Positions 39,547 through 49,366 of a stretch of 50,591 bases of DNA are shown here, one piece after another. Position 1 is the stretch's first letter, and every line of letters starts with the position of its first letter. The translations under genes were made by a program, and so were the position numbers. Below the pieces are notes generated by a model. It did no database searches, was not told the origin of the DNA, and was given only the letters and a program-made list of their open reading frames with translations. Origin of the DNA: Nanobdellota archaeon (GTDB taxonomy: Archaea > Nanobdellota > Nanobdellia > Woesearchaeales > GW2011-AR9); the NCBI GenBank assembly GCA_040751885.1, contig JBFMFP010000003.1:1-50591 (forward strand). Reading direction: 5' to 3'.

Positions 39547-39768
39547 TTAGGTCACATTCTCTTCTCTTTTTGACTTTTGCTGGCAATACTGCCCCAATGC
39601 CGCAGAGGAAGCGTGGTGGTAAATCTTTTCCATAATTTCATTGAACTCTTGGTTGGATACCCAGAATTTTGGCTTGCCCAGCCTTTTAATGATGCTTAAG
39701 CCTGCTTCGGGAGCAACAACACTGATAAGTGCTCCTGGTTTGGAAGAAAAATTAAAAAAATTAGCCAT
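39547..39768 (-). CDS. Small hypothetical protein
   Basis: ATG overlaps the end of the SWIM gene by 8 bp. Confidence 0.4.
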   Translation of the reverse strand: MANFFNFSSKPGALISVVAPEAGLSIIKRLGKPKFWVSNQEFNEIMEKIYHHASSAALGQYCQQKSKREENVT

Positions 39769-40489
39769 GCTTGCCCCTTTTTGTTCTTTTTTTAGTTATT
39801 TTAGTTACTTTAGTTACTTTAGTTACTAACCGCTTTTTTTCTTTTTTCTTGCTGGTAGGTTTCAAGGTTATTTTCTCCTTAAGCTTTTTCTCTTTGCTTT
39901 TAGACTGTTTCGCATCGGCTACCTCCAATCTTGAAAATAGTTCTTCTTTACCCATCCCCTGCAATAAAAATAAGTTCATGGGGTCGTGGTCAATCTCGTC
40001 AGCCACCGTATAAAATACCGCAGCAACATGCTTGCAGGGATTGGCATAATCTGGACAGCTGCACTCTGAAGAAAAAGAAGAAGGGATAAACCTAAACTTG
40101 GTAATATCATGCAGTTCCTCTGGCATTTCCTGGTTTAACAGCTTCCCTAACAGCAAAGGTGTATCTCTTATTTTTAGGGCAATTTTATTCCAATCTTTAT
40201 CGGAATACTTTTTTATTTTGATTTTTACTTTATAATCGCCTAAAGAGCCGTTTACAGTGGCGGATATTTTTCCTTTATCTATCTTAAACCGTCGGACTTT
40301 GTTTGCCCGAGCATAAGCCCGGCCACGGGACATCCGCTGGTCGCTTTCAAATTCAGACAGGATCTCTACCCATTGTTTGCCCCACCAAGTCTCTCCAAAC
40401 TTTTTCCGCTCTTTGCCAGCAACAGCTTTAGGCCTCGGCGCTGCTCTTGGAAAACTGTAATAATCATGATACCATCCCATTTCTTTCAC
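39761..40489 (-). CDS. SWIM zinc-finger protein
   Basis: WWGKQW, R.SRGRAYA, CSCPDYANPCKH. Confidence 0.9.
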   Translation of the reverse strand: MKEMGWYHDYYSFPRAAPRPKAVAGKERKKFGETWWGKQWVEILSEFESDQRMSRGRAYARANKVRRFKIDKGKISATVNGSLGDYKVKIKIKKYSDKDWNKIALKIRDTPLLLGKLLNQEMPEELHDITKFRFIPSSFSSECSCPDYANPCKHVAAVFYTVADEIDHDPMNLFLLQGMGKEELFSRLEVADAKQSKSKEKKLKEKITLKPTSKKKEKKRLVTKVTKVTKITKKRTKRGKHG

Positions 40490-40493
40490 CTCT

Positions 40494-43427
40494 TCAACGA
40501 TCTTTTTGATTCAAACGAGTTGCGGCAAACGAGTCGCGGCGCAGTGAAAAGATTTCTTTTAGCTTTTCATCGTCCAGCTCCGTTAAAGCTGCCCCGCCTT
40601 TGGCTAAGACCACATTAGAAAGGGCGCTTTTCGCTTCCAGCAGCTCATCAATTTTTTCTTCTATGGTTCCAGAAGTGATGTACTTGTATATAAAAACATT
40701 TCTCTGTTGCCCAATTCGGTAAGCTCGATCAGCAGCTTGGTTTTCCACGGCCGGATTCCACCAGCGGTCAAAATGAATGACTTGGTTTGCAGCAGTAAGA
40801 TTTATTCCTAATCCCCCTGCTTTTAATGAGAGAACAAATATTTTTGGCTTGTTCTCGTTCTGGAACATGGCAATCATTTTTTCTCTTTCTTTTCTGCTGG
40901 TCTGCCCGTGCAGAAATAAAACTGGCTCGCTAAAATATTCTTCCAGAGTTTGTTTTAAAATGGCACCCATTTCCCGAAATTGCGTAAAGATGAGGCATTT
41001 TTCGTTGTTCTGCAGGAATATTTCTACCATTTCACAGAGCCGTTCCAGTTTCCCGGACCTCCCCAGAAATTTACTCTGCGTATCCTTAAGAAGATTGGTG
41101 GGATGATTGCATATCTGCTTAAGTTTTATGATAGTGGCAAGAATGTGCATTCTTCTGTTTTCTGCAGATTCTTTTATTTTTGATAAAGATTCGTCCAGCA
41201 CTGCCTGATAGAGAGTAGCTTGCTCTTCGGTGAGGGGGCAGTATTCTTTAATTTCTGTTTTTTCAGGAAGGTCCTGGATAATCTTTTTATCCGTCTTAAG
41301 CCGGCGCAGGATAAAAGGAGCGAGTATTTTTCTGAGCCTGATGGTCTTTTCCGCATCGGCATTAAGCTCGATGGGCTCAGCAAAACTTCTCTTGAAGTTC
41401 TCCCAGCTGGAGAGCAGCCAGGAGTTAGAAAAATTCATCAGCGACCATAGTTCAGAAAGCCGGTTTTCGATGGGGGTTCCAGTTAAACAAAGCCGATGCT
41501 GGGCAGAAAGTTGTCCGATTGAAATTGCCTGAATAGTATAAGGGTTCTTAATGTTCTGGGCTTCGTCAAGAATGACAACCTCCCACAAAATTCCGGCAAA
41601 TTCAGTTTTATCTCTTCTTAGTGTGCCATAACTGGTTATAACGACATCTGCTGAAGAAACTTTAGCATTGAAATTGCATTTTTTTCGCATTAGGCCGTGA
41701 TGGAGGTAAACTGCCAGCGATGGAGAAAATTTTTGCAGTTCATGTTCCCAGTTACCAATAACAGAAGTTGGCGCGATGATTAAGGAAGGTTTTTTCACTG
41801 CAGCCTGCTTCAAATAAAGCAAATAAGAAATAGCCTGAATAGTTTTTCCCAAGCCCATGTCATCAGCCAAGATGCCGCCAAATCCCAATTTTCTCAATAG
41901 GATCAGCCAGGAATACCCTTCTCGTTGGTATTTCCGCAGCTGCCCGCAAAATGCTTCTGGTTGTTTTTCCAGGCTGGTACTGCGGCTACTCAAAAAAGCC
42001 CGACCCCATTCTTCCGGAAAATTTTTAGTTTCCAGCGCAAATTCAACCTCTCCAGAAGCGCCGGCATAGATTACTTCAGAGAGAGAAAGCTGCTTCTTTT
42101 TCTCAAAGAAAGAGATTACTTTCTTAACATCATCGGGATTTACCTCTACCCATTTTCCGTTAACACAGACCAACTCAGATTTCTGGCGGCTAAGTTGATA
42201 AAATTCTTCATTTGTGAGAGTAAGGCTGTCACCTACAGCAATTTCATAATCAAAATCAAACAGAGCACTAGAAAAACAGTTGATGCTGGCAGTTTTCAGG
42301 ATTTTTGGCTTTTTAAAATTAACCATCACCCGGAGAGAATTAAGTTTTGCAGAAGTTATTTTGGGAATGTGTACCACAAAGCCAAAGTCTTTCAACATGA
42401 AAGAATCTGATTTAATGAAGGAGAGCGCTTCATTTTCAGAGAGCAAAATAGAAGAAGGGTTCGGTTTTAGCATTGATTTCTCGATAAATTTAGAACATTT
42501 TGCAGCCATCCCCAATTCCTGAATGAAATATAATTTATAATTTTGGAGAGCTATTTTTTTCTTATTTTCCCAAATATCTTTTAAGCTAATTAGCAAGCTC
42601 GGGTCATTTTTTGATTGAAGATAATAGCTCAATTGCCAACCCTTTTCGTGCTCGTCCGGTTCTTTGAGCTTAAATAGAAGGTAATATCCCTGCATTTTTC
42701 CCACATTCCTTGTAGTTACCCATTCCGAGAGGCTTTTTGTTAGCGCCTCATCCACTTTAGACCTTTCTTTACACAAGCCATAAATCCATTTATCAGAGGG
42801 GGTTGCCGGGATTTCCCCGATTTTGAGGTCTTTAACGAATTCACGGATAAGGTAATCAGTAAATTCGCTTAGGAAAGCATGGAGGGCTTCTTCCATCGGC
42901 CGGGCATCTTTAGCCGTGATAGATTTTGGCAGTTCATTACACAGGCTTTTGAAAATAAGAAAATCATCATGGTTATCAAGGTTGACCTGAAAAAAGCTTT
43001 TACCTTCCCGATGAAAAGGGATAAATCTTTGTCTGGCGATGAGGCTATAAGTAAACTGCACTGCCCTCTTAAATCCTTCATAGGAGTCACCAAAATAAAA
43101 TCCTGCTTTTTTTTCGGATAGAAGAAACTCATCTTTAAGTATCTTGAAATCCAAAATAAAGCTGTCTACTAAAAATTTCTTCTTTGTGAGCAAGGTATGA
43201 TCTTCATATTGCCCATAGGATAACTTTAATTCGTTTGATACCATGATAGACCCATTAGATGCCGGAAGTTCCAGTTCTATTTTAGCAGGGGCTGGGTCAG
43301 ATAAAGAGAAAAGCTTGTTCCAAATAGCATAAAGCCTGTTTTTGGGTACAAACTGCTCTTCTGGATGCGAAGAAATTCCCCAAAGATATGTTTTCCCATT
43401 ACTTATGGTTAGTTGCAGTTCATCCAT
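40494..43427 (-). CDS. SNF2-family helicase/translocase
   Basis: LADDMGLGKT, DEAQ, TGTP.EN, RRLK, WWNPAVE.QA.DRAYRIGQ. Confidence 0.95.
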   Translation of the reverse strand: MDELQLTISNGKTYLWGISSHPEEQFVPKNRLYAIWNKLFSLSDPAPAKIELELPASNGSIMVSNELKLSYGQYEDHTLLTKKKFLVDSFILDFKILKDEFLLSEKKAGFYFGDSYEGFKRAVQFTYSLIARQRFIPFHREGKSFFQVNLDNHDDFLIFKSLCNELPKSITAKDARPMEEALHAFLSEFTDYLIREFVKDLKIGEIPATPSDKWIYGLCKERSKVDEALTKSLSEWVTTRNVGKMQGYYLLFKLKEPDEHEKGWQLSYYLQSKNDPSLLISLKDIWENKKKIALQNYKLYFIQELGMAAKCSKFIEKSMLKPNPSSILLSENEALSFIKSDSFMLKDFGFVVHIPKITSAKLNSLRVMVNFKKPKILKTASINCFSSALFDFDYEIAVGDSLTLTNEEFYQLSRQKSELVCVNGKWVEVNPDDVKKVISFFEKKKQLSLSEVIYAGASGEVEFALETKNFPEEWGRAFLSSRSTSLEKQPEAFCGQLRKYQREGYSWLILLRKLGFGGILADDMGLGKTIQAISYLLYLKQAAVKKPSLIIAPTSVIGNWEHELQKFSPSLAVYLHHGLMRKKCNFNAKVSSADVVITSYGTLRRDKTEFAGILWEVVILDEAQNIKNPYTIQAISIGQLSAQHRLCLTGTPIENRLSELWSLMNFSNSWLLSSWENFKRSFAEPIELNADAEKTIRLRKILAPFILRRLKTDKKIIQDLPEKTEIKEYCPLTEEQATLYQAVLDESLSKIKESAENRRMHILATIIKLKQICNHPTNLLKDTQSKFLGRSGKLERLCEMVEIFLQNNEKCLIFTQFREMGAILKQTLEEYFSEPVLFLHGQTSRKEREKMIAMFQNENKPKIFVLSLKAGGLGINLTAANQVIHFDRWWNPAVENQAADRAYRIGQQRNVFIYKYITSGTIEEKIDELLEAKSALSNVVLAKGGAALTELDDEKLKEIFSLRRDSFAATRLNQKDR

Positions 43428-43497
43428 TTTTTATGTCTTGCTGCATAATTTTCTGATTGTTAACTTTCCTTCTAATTGTTAACCCCCTTTCTAATTG

Positions 43498-45966
43498 TTA
43501 ATTTCCTTTAAACTCTTCTTCTTTAGCGTGGTCCCACCAACGGCGGAAGGGAATAACTGTTCTAATCTGGGTTACGACAAGAAGCTTGTCTCCACGCGTC
43601 ACATGCAGAGTAGGATTGCGCAGGATATCAGTAACAACGTAAACAAAGTAACGCTCCCGCTGCTCTTGTAAAGTGCGGAATTGCCGAGTGGTGAGGTAAA
43701 TATCCGGATTGGGCTTTTCACTGCTCTTAACTTCAATGTAACGCTCGGAAGATTGTACAAAGCCTTCGCCTCCTTCTGTTTCTGGCACCAAATCGTAGCC
43801 AAAGACTTCCTGAGAATGGGGAATTTCTTTGGCATTCCTTCCTTTTTGTTGCTCATATTGTAAAGCCAGCAGGATGCCGATTCTCTCGATCACATTTTTC
43901 CTGAAGCGCTTTTCGCTTAGCTGGTTATCTACCCCCAACTGCCGGAAAAATAAGTGCCAGGCAATTTTCTGTTGCTCGGTACAGCTTTTTACAAAATCAT
44001 CATGAAGATAATTAAGTGGGAAATCTAACAGGCCTCTGAGATGCAGTTGATGGAGCTTGTTCAGAGGGTTATAAGCAGCAGAGAAAACAAGCTGCTCAGG
44101 AGAGAGCCATTCTTCGCTTAGGCTGGGAAGGGTCAGAAACCCCAAATGCTGGCTTTGGATATTCCCTTTTTCCCACAGCTCTTTGCAGATAAAGATTTTT
44201 TCCTTCTTTTCCGCCTGGCTGAGATTGCTCCAGTGTCGCTGCAGATAAAGCAATTCTTTGCTGCGTAAAAGGTCATTGATTTGTTCCTGAGTAAGGGATG
44301 GTAACTTGCAGTTAGCCAGAAAATCCAGAATTTCTGAATCAGCAGTAAGAGCGGGATGCGCAACCTTTATGATTTCACGCAATTGGCGAGGGATGCTTAG
44401 TTTTTCTGAATTAAGGCACAAAGAAAAAGCGTCCGCTAACGTAAAATCATCTGCCAGAAAAATTCGCTTGCTTCTGAGCTGATTAAGCTGTGCAGGATTC
44501 TCTTCCAAGAATGGAATAAGGCAGAGGTGATAAAAGCGGAGAAAAAAATTCAGGTCAGTCTGTTGAGCTTTTAAATTTAGTAGTTCATTTAGCTTTTCTT
44601 CGGACTTGAGGTTAATGAGTGCTGGACCGTTTTGAACGGCGCTTTGCCATGAAGATGGAAGAAGGCATCGTGAATCCAGCACTTTTTTCTGCGGATAGAG
44701 ATGTTGCAGTGTAGGCTCGTCAAGCAGGGGCTTGATTTTCTTTTCAACAGTTAAGGCTTGGGACAGTTTTATCATCGAGCCATCTTCGGCTGCCAACAGC
44801 GGAGCTTGCAGGAGATACTCTCTCAACGGCTTTTTGATTTGCTTTTCAAACAATTCATGCCCGCCATCTGGAGCATAAAGCTGGTTTATAATCTGGAATT
44901 TCCAAGGCTCCCGATTAGAAAAAACAGGGATGCATTTGGTTATAATCAATTCCCGCAGCCGATCCGCTAACCAGTTATTCCAAAGGCATTCCCGGGCTAA
45001 CTCTCCCCGCCCAGTCATGGTTAGAAAGTCGGCCTGAAGAATGAATGGGAGCCCGCTGGGCACCTCCTTTAGAGGAAGAAAGCTAAAGACACCTATATGG
45101 GCAGTGCCTTTTTCTTCTCTGCAGAGAGTATTCTGATTATCCAGCCTGAAAGCGACAGCTACTTCGCGGGCAGTTACTTGTTGCCGTTCCCATTCTATAG
45201 TCAGGTAGTCTTGGCGCACTGTTTCAGGAACTGCAAATTTCCCATGGAAAAGCAGCCACCTTTCTGGTGGAAGAATATTTTCCTGAATCAACTCCTGAAG
45301 CTGAAAGATCTGATAATCGGATTGGTTAGAAACAAGAGTTTTAGTGATGAGGCAGTGCTTCTGCTGCAGATGGTCGACACATTCCAATTGCTGAAGATTA
45401 TTAAGGAATAAAAGGATTCGGCTGTGTAATGATTCTATCTCCGCTTGAATTGGCTGGGCTGAACTGGAAAGAGGAAGATAAAATTTGGTAGAATATTCCT
45501 GCTCTAAAGTCGCAGGAGGAGTGTCTAGCCATAAAGGGATAACCTGCCAGGGAAGGCGTGGGTCTTTCCAATGCTCCTGATTGAAAGTAAATTGCCATGG
45601 TCCGGAATAAATCTGGGGGCTTTTGGAAATCAGGAACACGGCTTTAAATCCCACCCCCAAATAGCCAATGTAATCATGGACAGTTTTGGAAGAGCGGCCT
45701 ACTTTACAAAGGCTAATAACATCTTTTTCCGAGAAAAGCTGGCCGTCGTTAGAGATGCGCAGCGCTTCCGGGAAGAGCTCTATCTTTAACCTAGTGCTTT
45801 TGGCATCATCAGCATTTTGGATGAATTCCATCAGGAAACTGCCATAGCGGGGAAAGGCTTTTTGCAGCCGGTCAATGCTTCCGGCATAGCCGTCTAAAGC
45901 AAATTCCCAGTCGGACTGCAGGATACGCTGCTGAATCTGTTCAATGAATTCTTTAGGGGAAAGCAT
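43498..45966 (-). CDS. Sacsin/NOV-like GHKL ATPase with C-terminal DUF3883-like PD-(D/E)XK nuclease
   Basis: EFIQNADDA, NDG..F, IGYLGVGFKAVF; C-terminal GYDL...YIEVKS. Confidence 0.8.
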   Translation of the reverse strand: MLSPKEFIEQIQQRILQSDWEFALDGYAGSIDRLQKAFPRYGSFLMEFIQNADDAKSTRLKIELFPEALRISNDGQLFSEKDVISLCKVGRSSKTVHDYIGYLGVGFKAVFLISKSPQIYSGPWQFTFNQEHWKDPRLPWQVIPLWLDTPPATLEQEYSTKFYLPLSSSAQPIQAEIESLHSRILLFLNNLQQLECVDHLQQKHCLITKTLVSNQSDYQIFQLQELIQENILPPERWLLFHGKFAVPETVRQDYLTIEWERQQVTAREVAVAFRLDNQNTLCREEKGTAHIGVFSFLPLKEVPSGLPFILQADFLTMTGRGELARECLWNNWLADRLRELIITKCIPVFSNREPWKFQIINQLYAPDGGHELFEKQIKKPLREYLLQAPLLAAEDGSMIKLSQALTVEKKIKPLLDEPTLQHLYPQKKVLDSRCLLPSSWQSAVQNGPALINLKSEEKLNELLNLKAQQTDLNFFLRFYHLCLIPFLEENPAQLNQLRSKRIFLADDFTLADAFSLCLNSEKLSIPRQLREIIKVAHPALTADSEILDFLANCKLPSLTQEQINDLLRSKELLYLQRHWSNLSQAEKKEKIFICKELWEKGNIQSQHLGFLTLPSLSEEWLSPEQLVFSAAYNPLNKLHQLHLRGLLDFPLNYLHDDFVKSCTEQQKIAWHLFFRQLGVDNQLSEKRFRKNVIERIGILLALQYEQQKGRNAKEIPHSQEVFGYDLVPETEGGEGFVQSSERYIEVKSSEKPNPDIYLTTRQFRTLQEQRERYFVYVVTDILRNPTLHVTRGDKLLVVTQIRTVIPFRRWWDHAKEEEFKGN

Positions 45967-46118
45967 AGTAATTGGAGAAGAAAGGTAATTTATAAAATTA
46001 TAGCTGTTGTACTACTTTTTATCTCCCTGCAACAGTGCCACTTTTCGGATAGTGCCTGCTTCTGACAGGATTTTGCTTCTAACAAGATTTTTATACATAA
46101 GAATAATTATTCTGGGAA

Positions 46119-47945
46119 ATGAAAAAAATAATCTTTATTTTAGTTACCTGGAGCTTAATTATTTTCGGGATTGCTTTTGCCCAGTTAGCCGATTCTGCCT
46201 GGCCGATGCTCAATGGCAATCCGCAGCATACCGGCTTGAGCCCTTATGACACCAACCAGGTTAACGGAGCAATCAAATGGACTTTTGAGACAGGAGACGG
46301 AATCGAATCTTCTCCAGCAATAGGAAAAGATGGGACTATTTATGTTGGCTCACACGATAGCAAAATATATGCGATAAATCCTGACGGGACTTTGAAATGG
46401 AGTTTTAAGGCCGGCAATCCTCTCTATAATGAAAAATGGAAACATTGGCATGGGATTGTTTCCTCTCCTAGTGTCTCAGGTGATGGCACTGTTTACATTG
46501 CTGCTCCCGGTGATAATTTTTATGCCCTCAATCCGGATGGAACAGAAAAATGGAGATTTCCCTTAAAATGGAGTACAGAATTTTGGAATTCCCCAGTAAT
46601 TGGAGATGATGGAACGATATATATAGGCTCGGCCAGAGTGGAAGAATCAGAAGGGACAAACTTCAGAAGCGGTCTATTTGTCATTAATCCTGATGGAACT
46701 GAAAAATGGTATTTTAAGATTTCAGCAGGCATCTCCAGCGCACCAGCCATAGCCAGAGACGGAACTATATACGTAGGCGGGAATGTTTTGTACAGGGCTA
46801 CAGGAACTAGCTCGGGAGTGCTTTTTGCCATTGATCCAAACGGCAAAGAGAAATGGCAATTTAAAACACAAAACTGGCTGGAATGCTCGCCTTCGATAGG
46901 CAAAGACGGAACCATTTATACCGGTTCGAAAGAGGGGAAAGTTTATGCCTTAAATCCAGCAGACGGAAGCTTGAAATGGAGCTTTCAGACTGGTGACGGA
47001 ATCAGTGGAACTCCGGCTATAGGCAAAGACGGAACATTATACATCGGCTCATGGGACCATAACCTGTATGCTCTTAATCCGGACGGAACTGAAAAATGGA
47101 AATTCCCGGTTCCAGCTGGTTTTGAAACAATAGGCGGTTCTGCTGCCGTAGGCGCAGATGGCACAATTTATTTTGGCACTTCAACTGGATACTTCTATGC
47201 CCTTAATCCTGACGGAACTGAAAAATGGAGCCTTTCTAAAATCGGTTCTGTAGCATCCTCTCCAGCCATTGGAAAAGACGGGACAGTATATTTTGGTGCC
47301 TGGGACAAAAAAGTTTATGCTCTTGGAGGAGGAACAAATAAAGGAGGAACAAAAAAGGCCGAGCCAGACTATGAAAAAAAGTGCCGGGAGGTAGAATTAA
47401 AATTAGATGTCAAGCTGGTAACCGATTCTGGCAAATCCTGCCTTGACGGGCCTTGCGATTCTTATTCTACCGGATGCGAGAACCGCTATTTTGATGGAAG
47501 ATGCGATACACCAATACAACTTTGTGTTTTACAAAACTGCAAAAAATACCGTGTATTTTGCGATTTAATTATGAAAAATTTAGATGAAAAGCCCGGAACT
47601 GGAAAATTTAACGAAAATTATATCACCGGAGACGGCAAAAATAACTTTATTAAAGAAATGGGATTTGGCCTACAGCCTGGGCAAGAACGTTCAATTGCCT
47701 GGCATTACGATGTTGACAGCGAAAACCTGGGACATTGTAGCTATAGTGACTTAAAAACCGTTGAATGCAGTGATGTCCTGGTAGAAAATGTTCCGGCTGA
47801 AGAAAAACCGGCTGAAGAAAAAAAAGAAATTAAAGAAAGTCCTCAGGAGGAAAAACTCTCAGAAGTGAAAGAAGATAAAAAGGTAAAAGAAAGAAAAAAC
47901 ATCTTTCAGTTGATAATTGACTTTTTCCGGAGGTTGTTTAAATGA
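46119..47945 (+). CDS. Secreted PQQ-like beta-propeller repeat protein with Cys-rich domain
   Basis: Signal peptide; repeated SSPAIG.DGTIYVGS.D..YA.NPDGT.KW. Confidence 0.88.
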   Translation: MKKIIFILVTWSLIIFGIAFAQLADSAWPMLNGNPQHTGLSPYDTNQVNGAIKWTFETGDGIESSPAIGKDGTIYVGSHDSKIYAINPDGTLKWSFKAGNPLYNEKWKHWHGIVSSPSVSGDGTVYIAAPGDNFYALNPDGTEKWRFPLKWSTEFWNSPVIGDDGTIYIGSARVEESEGTNFRSGLFVINPDGTEKWYFKISAGISSAPAIARDGTIYVGGNVLYRATGTSSGVLFAIDPNGKEKWQFKTQNWLECSPSIGKDGTIYTGSKEGKVYALNPADGSLKWSFQTGDGISGTPAIGKDGTLYIGSWDHNLYALNPDGTEKWKFPVPAGFETIGGSAAVGADGTIYFGTSTGYFYALNPDGTEKWSLSKIGSVASSPAIGKDGTVYFGAWDKKVYALGGGTNKGGTKKAEPDYEKKCREVELKLDVKLVTDSGKSCLDGPCDSYSTGCENRYFDGRCDTPIQLCVLQNCKKYRVFCDLIMKNLDEKPGTGKFNENYITGDGKNNFIKEMGFGLQPGQERSIAWHYDVDSENLGHCSYSDLKTVECSDVLVENVPAEEKPAEEKKEIKESPQEEKLSEVKEDKKVKERKNIFQLIIDFFRRLFK

Positions 47946-49366
47946 AAAAAAGAATTTTTGGCATTTTATTTATTCTTTTGATTAATTTTGTTTCTGGACA
48001 ATTAGCAGACTCGCCCTGGCCAATGCTCCATCATGATTTAAGACATACCGGCTTAAGCCCTTATAATACCGGCCATGTTGATGGAACAGTCAGATGGACT
48101 TTTGATACGGGAGCAAGCATGGAATCTTCGCCGACAATAGCGCCGGACGGAACAATATACATCGGCACCGATGAGAATGACGTATATGCAGTTAATCCTG
48201 ACGGCACTCTGAAATGGAAATTTGACGCCGGCGAGCCTGTTTATAGCCCGGAATGGAATACTAAAAAAGGAATTCATTCCGCTCCGACCATCGGTAAAGA
48301 TGGCACAATTTACTTTATCGCTCCGCCAATTTACCTGTTTGCCCTAAATCCAGATGGCACGGAAAAGTGGCGTTATCCTATTTATCTTTATGCCCATGTC
48401 GCCGCCTCGCCAGTGCTCAGCCCCGACAGCACTATTTACGCTACTTCAGAAAGTTATCCGCATGAAGGTTCAGAACCGGAATTTGGGGCCAGAGTGTATG
48501 CCATAAATCCTGAGGGCACGCTTAAGTGGCGCTATGACACTGCCGGTTCTTGTCTGGGTAATCCTATAGCCGTTGCTGATGATGGCACTTTCTATGTCAG
48601 CGGCAGTGATCTGGAGCAGCAGGAATTTCCATATACCCACAATGCCGTTTTTGCTTTTAGACCAGATGGAACAATTAAATGGAAATATCAAATAGGTAGG
48701 GTGGAAGGACCGCCAACCATTGCCGAAGATGGCACAATTTATGTAGGCACTAAAGAAGGCAGGACACTTTTTGCTCTTGCTCCTGATGGCACGAAAAAAT
48801 GGACGTTTAAGGTGGGTGGAGAAATTGGAGTAATGTCCGCTCTTGACAAAAAAGGCAATATTTACTTTGGCTCCTGGGATGGCAATTTTCACGCTTTAAG
48901 TCCAGAAGGCCAGGAATTATGGAGTTTTGACGTTAAAAAGGGCCGGGACCCCCAACTCTTTGGCGGGGGCAGGGAAACCATTATCAGTTCAGCAGCCATT
49001 TCTTCTGACGGGACGATATATTTTGGCGATGTCATTGATACCTTCTACGCGCTTGATCTTAACGGCAAAGAGAAATGGCGTTATAATCAGGGAGGCGGAT
49101 TTGTCTCCTCTCCTGCCATCGGGGCTGACGGGACAGTTTATATCGCTTCTTTAGATAAAAAATTGTATGCTTTTGGCGGAGCAAAAGAAGATTTTCTGGA
49201 AAAAACAGAAAGACCATTGAAAGAAGAACTAGGTAAAGATAAATTGCCAGAAAAAGAGCAAATAAAGAAACCAGAGCAAAAAACAGAAACCGAAAAGGCT
49301 ACAAAAGAGCAAAAAAATCTTTTCCAGAAAATTATTTATTTTTTAAAGAAGTGGTGGGGAAAATGA
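47942..49366 (+). CDS. Secreted PQQ-like beta-propeller repeat protein (paralog of the upstream gene)
   Basis: Same QLADS.WPM..H/G...HTGLSPY start and repeats; ATGA overlap. Confidence 0.88.
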   Translation: MKKRIFGILFILLINFVSGQLADSPWPMLHHDLRHTGLSPYNTGHVDGTVRWTFDTGASMESSPTIAPDGTIYIGTDENDVYAVNPDGTLKWKFDAGEPVYSPEWNTKKGIHSAPTIGKDGTIYFIAPPIYLFALNPDGTEKWRYPIYLYAHVAASPVLSPDSTIYATSESYPHEGSEPEFGARVYAINPEGTLKWRYDTAGSCLGNPIAVADDGTFYVSGSDLEQQEFPYTHNAVFAFRPDGTIKWKYQIGRVEGPPTIAEDGTIYVGTKEGRTLFALAPDGTKKWTFKVGGEIGVMSALDKKGNIYFGSWDGNFHALSPEGQELWSFDVKKGRDPQLFGGGRETIISSAAISSDGTIYFGDVIDTFYALDLNGKEKWRYNQGGGFVSSPAIGADGTVYIASLDKKLYAFGGAKEDFLEKTERPLKEELGKDKLPEKEQIKKPEQKTETEKATKEQKNLFQKIIYFLKKWWGK

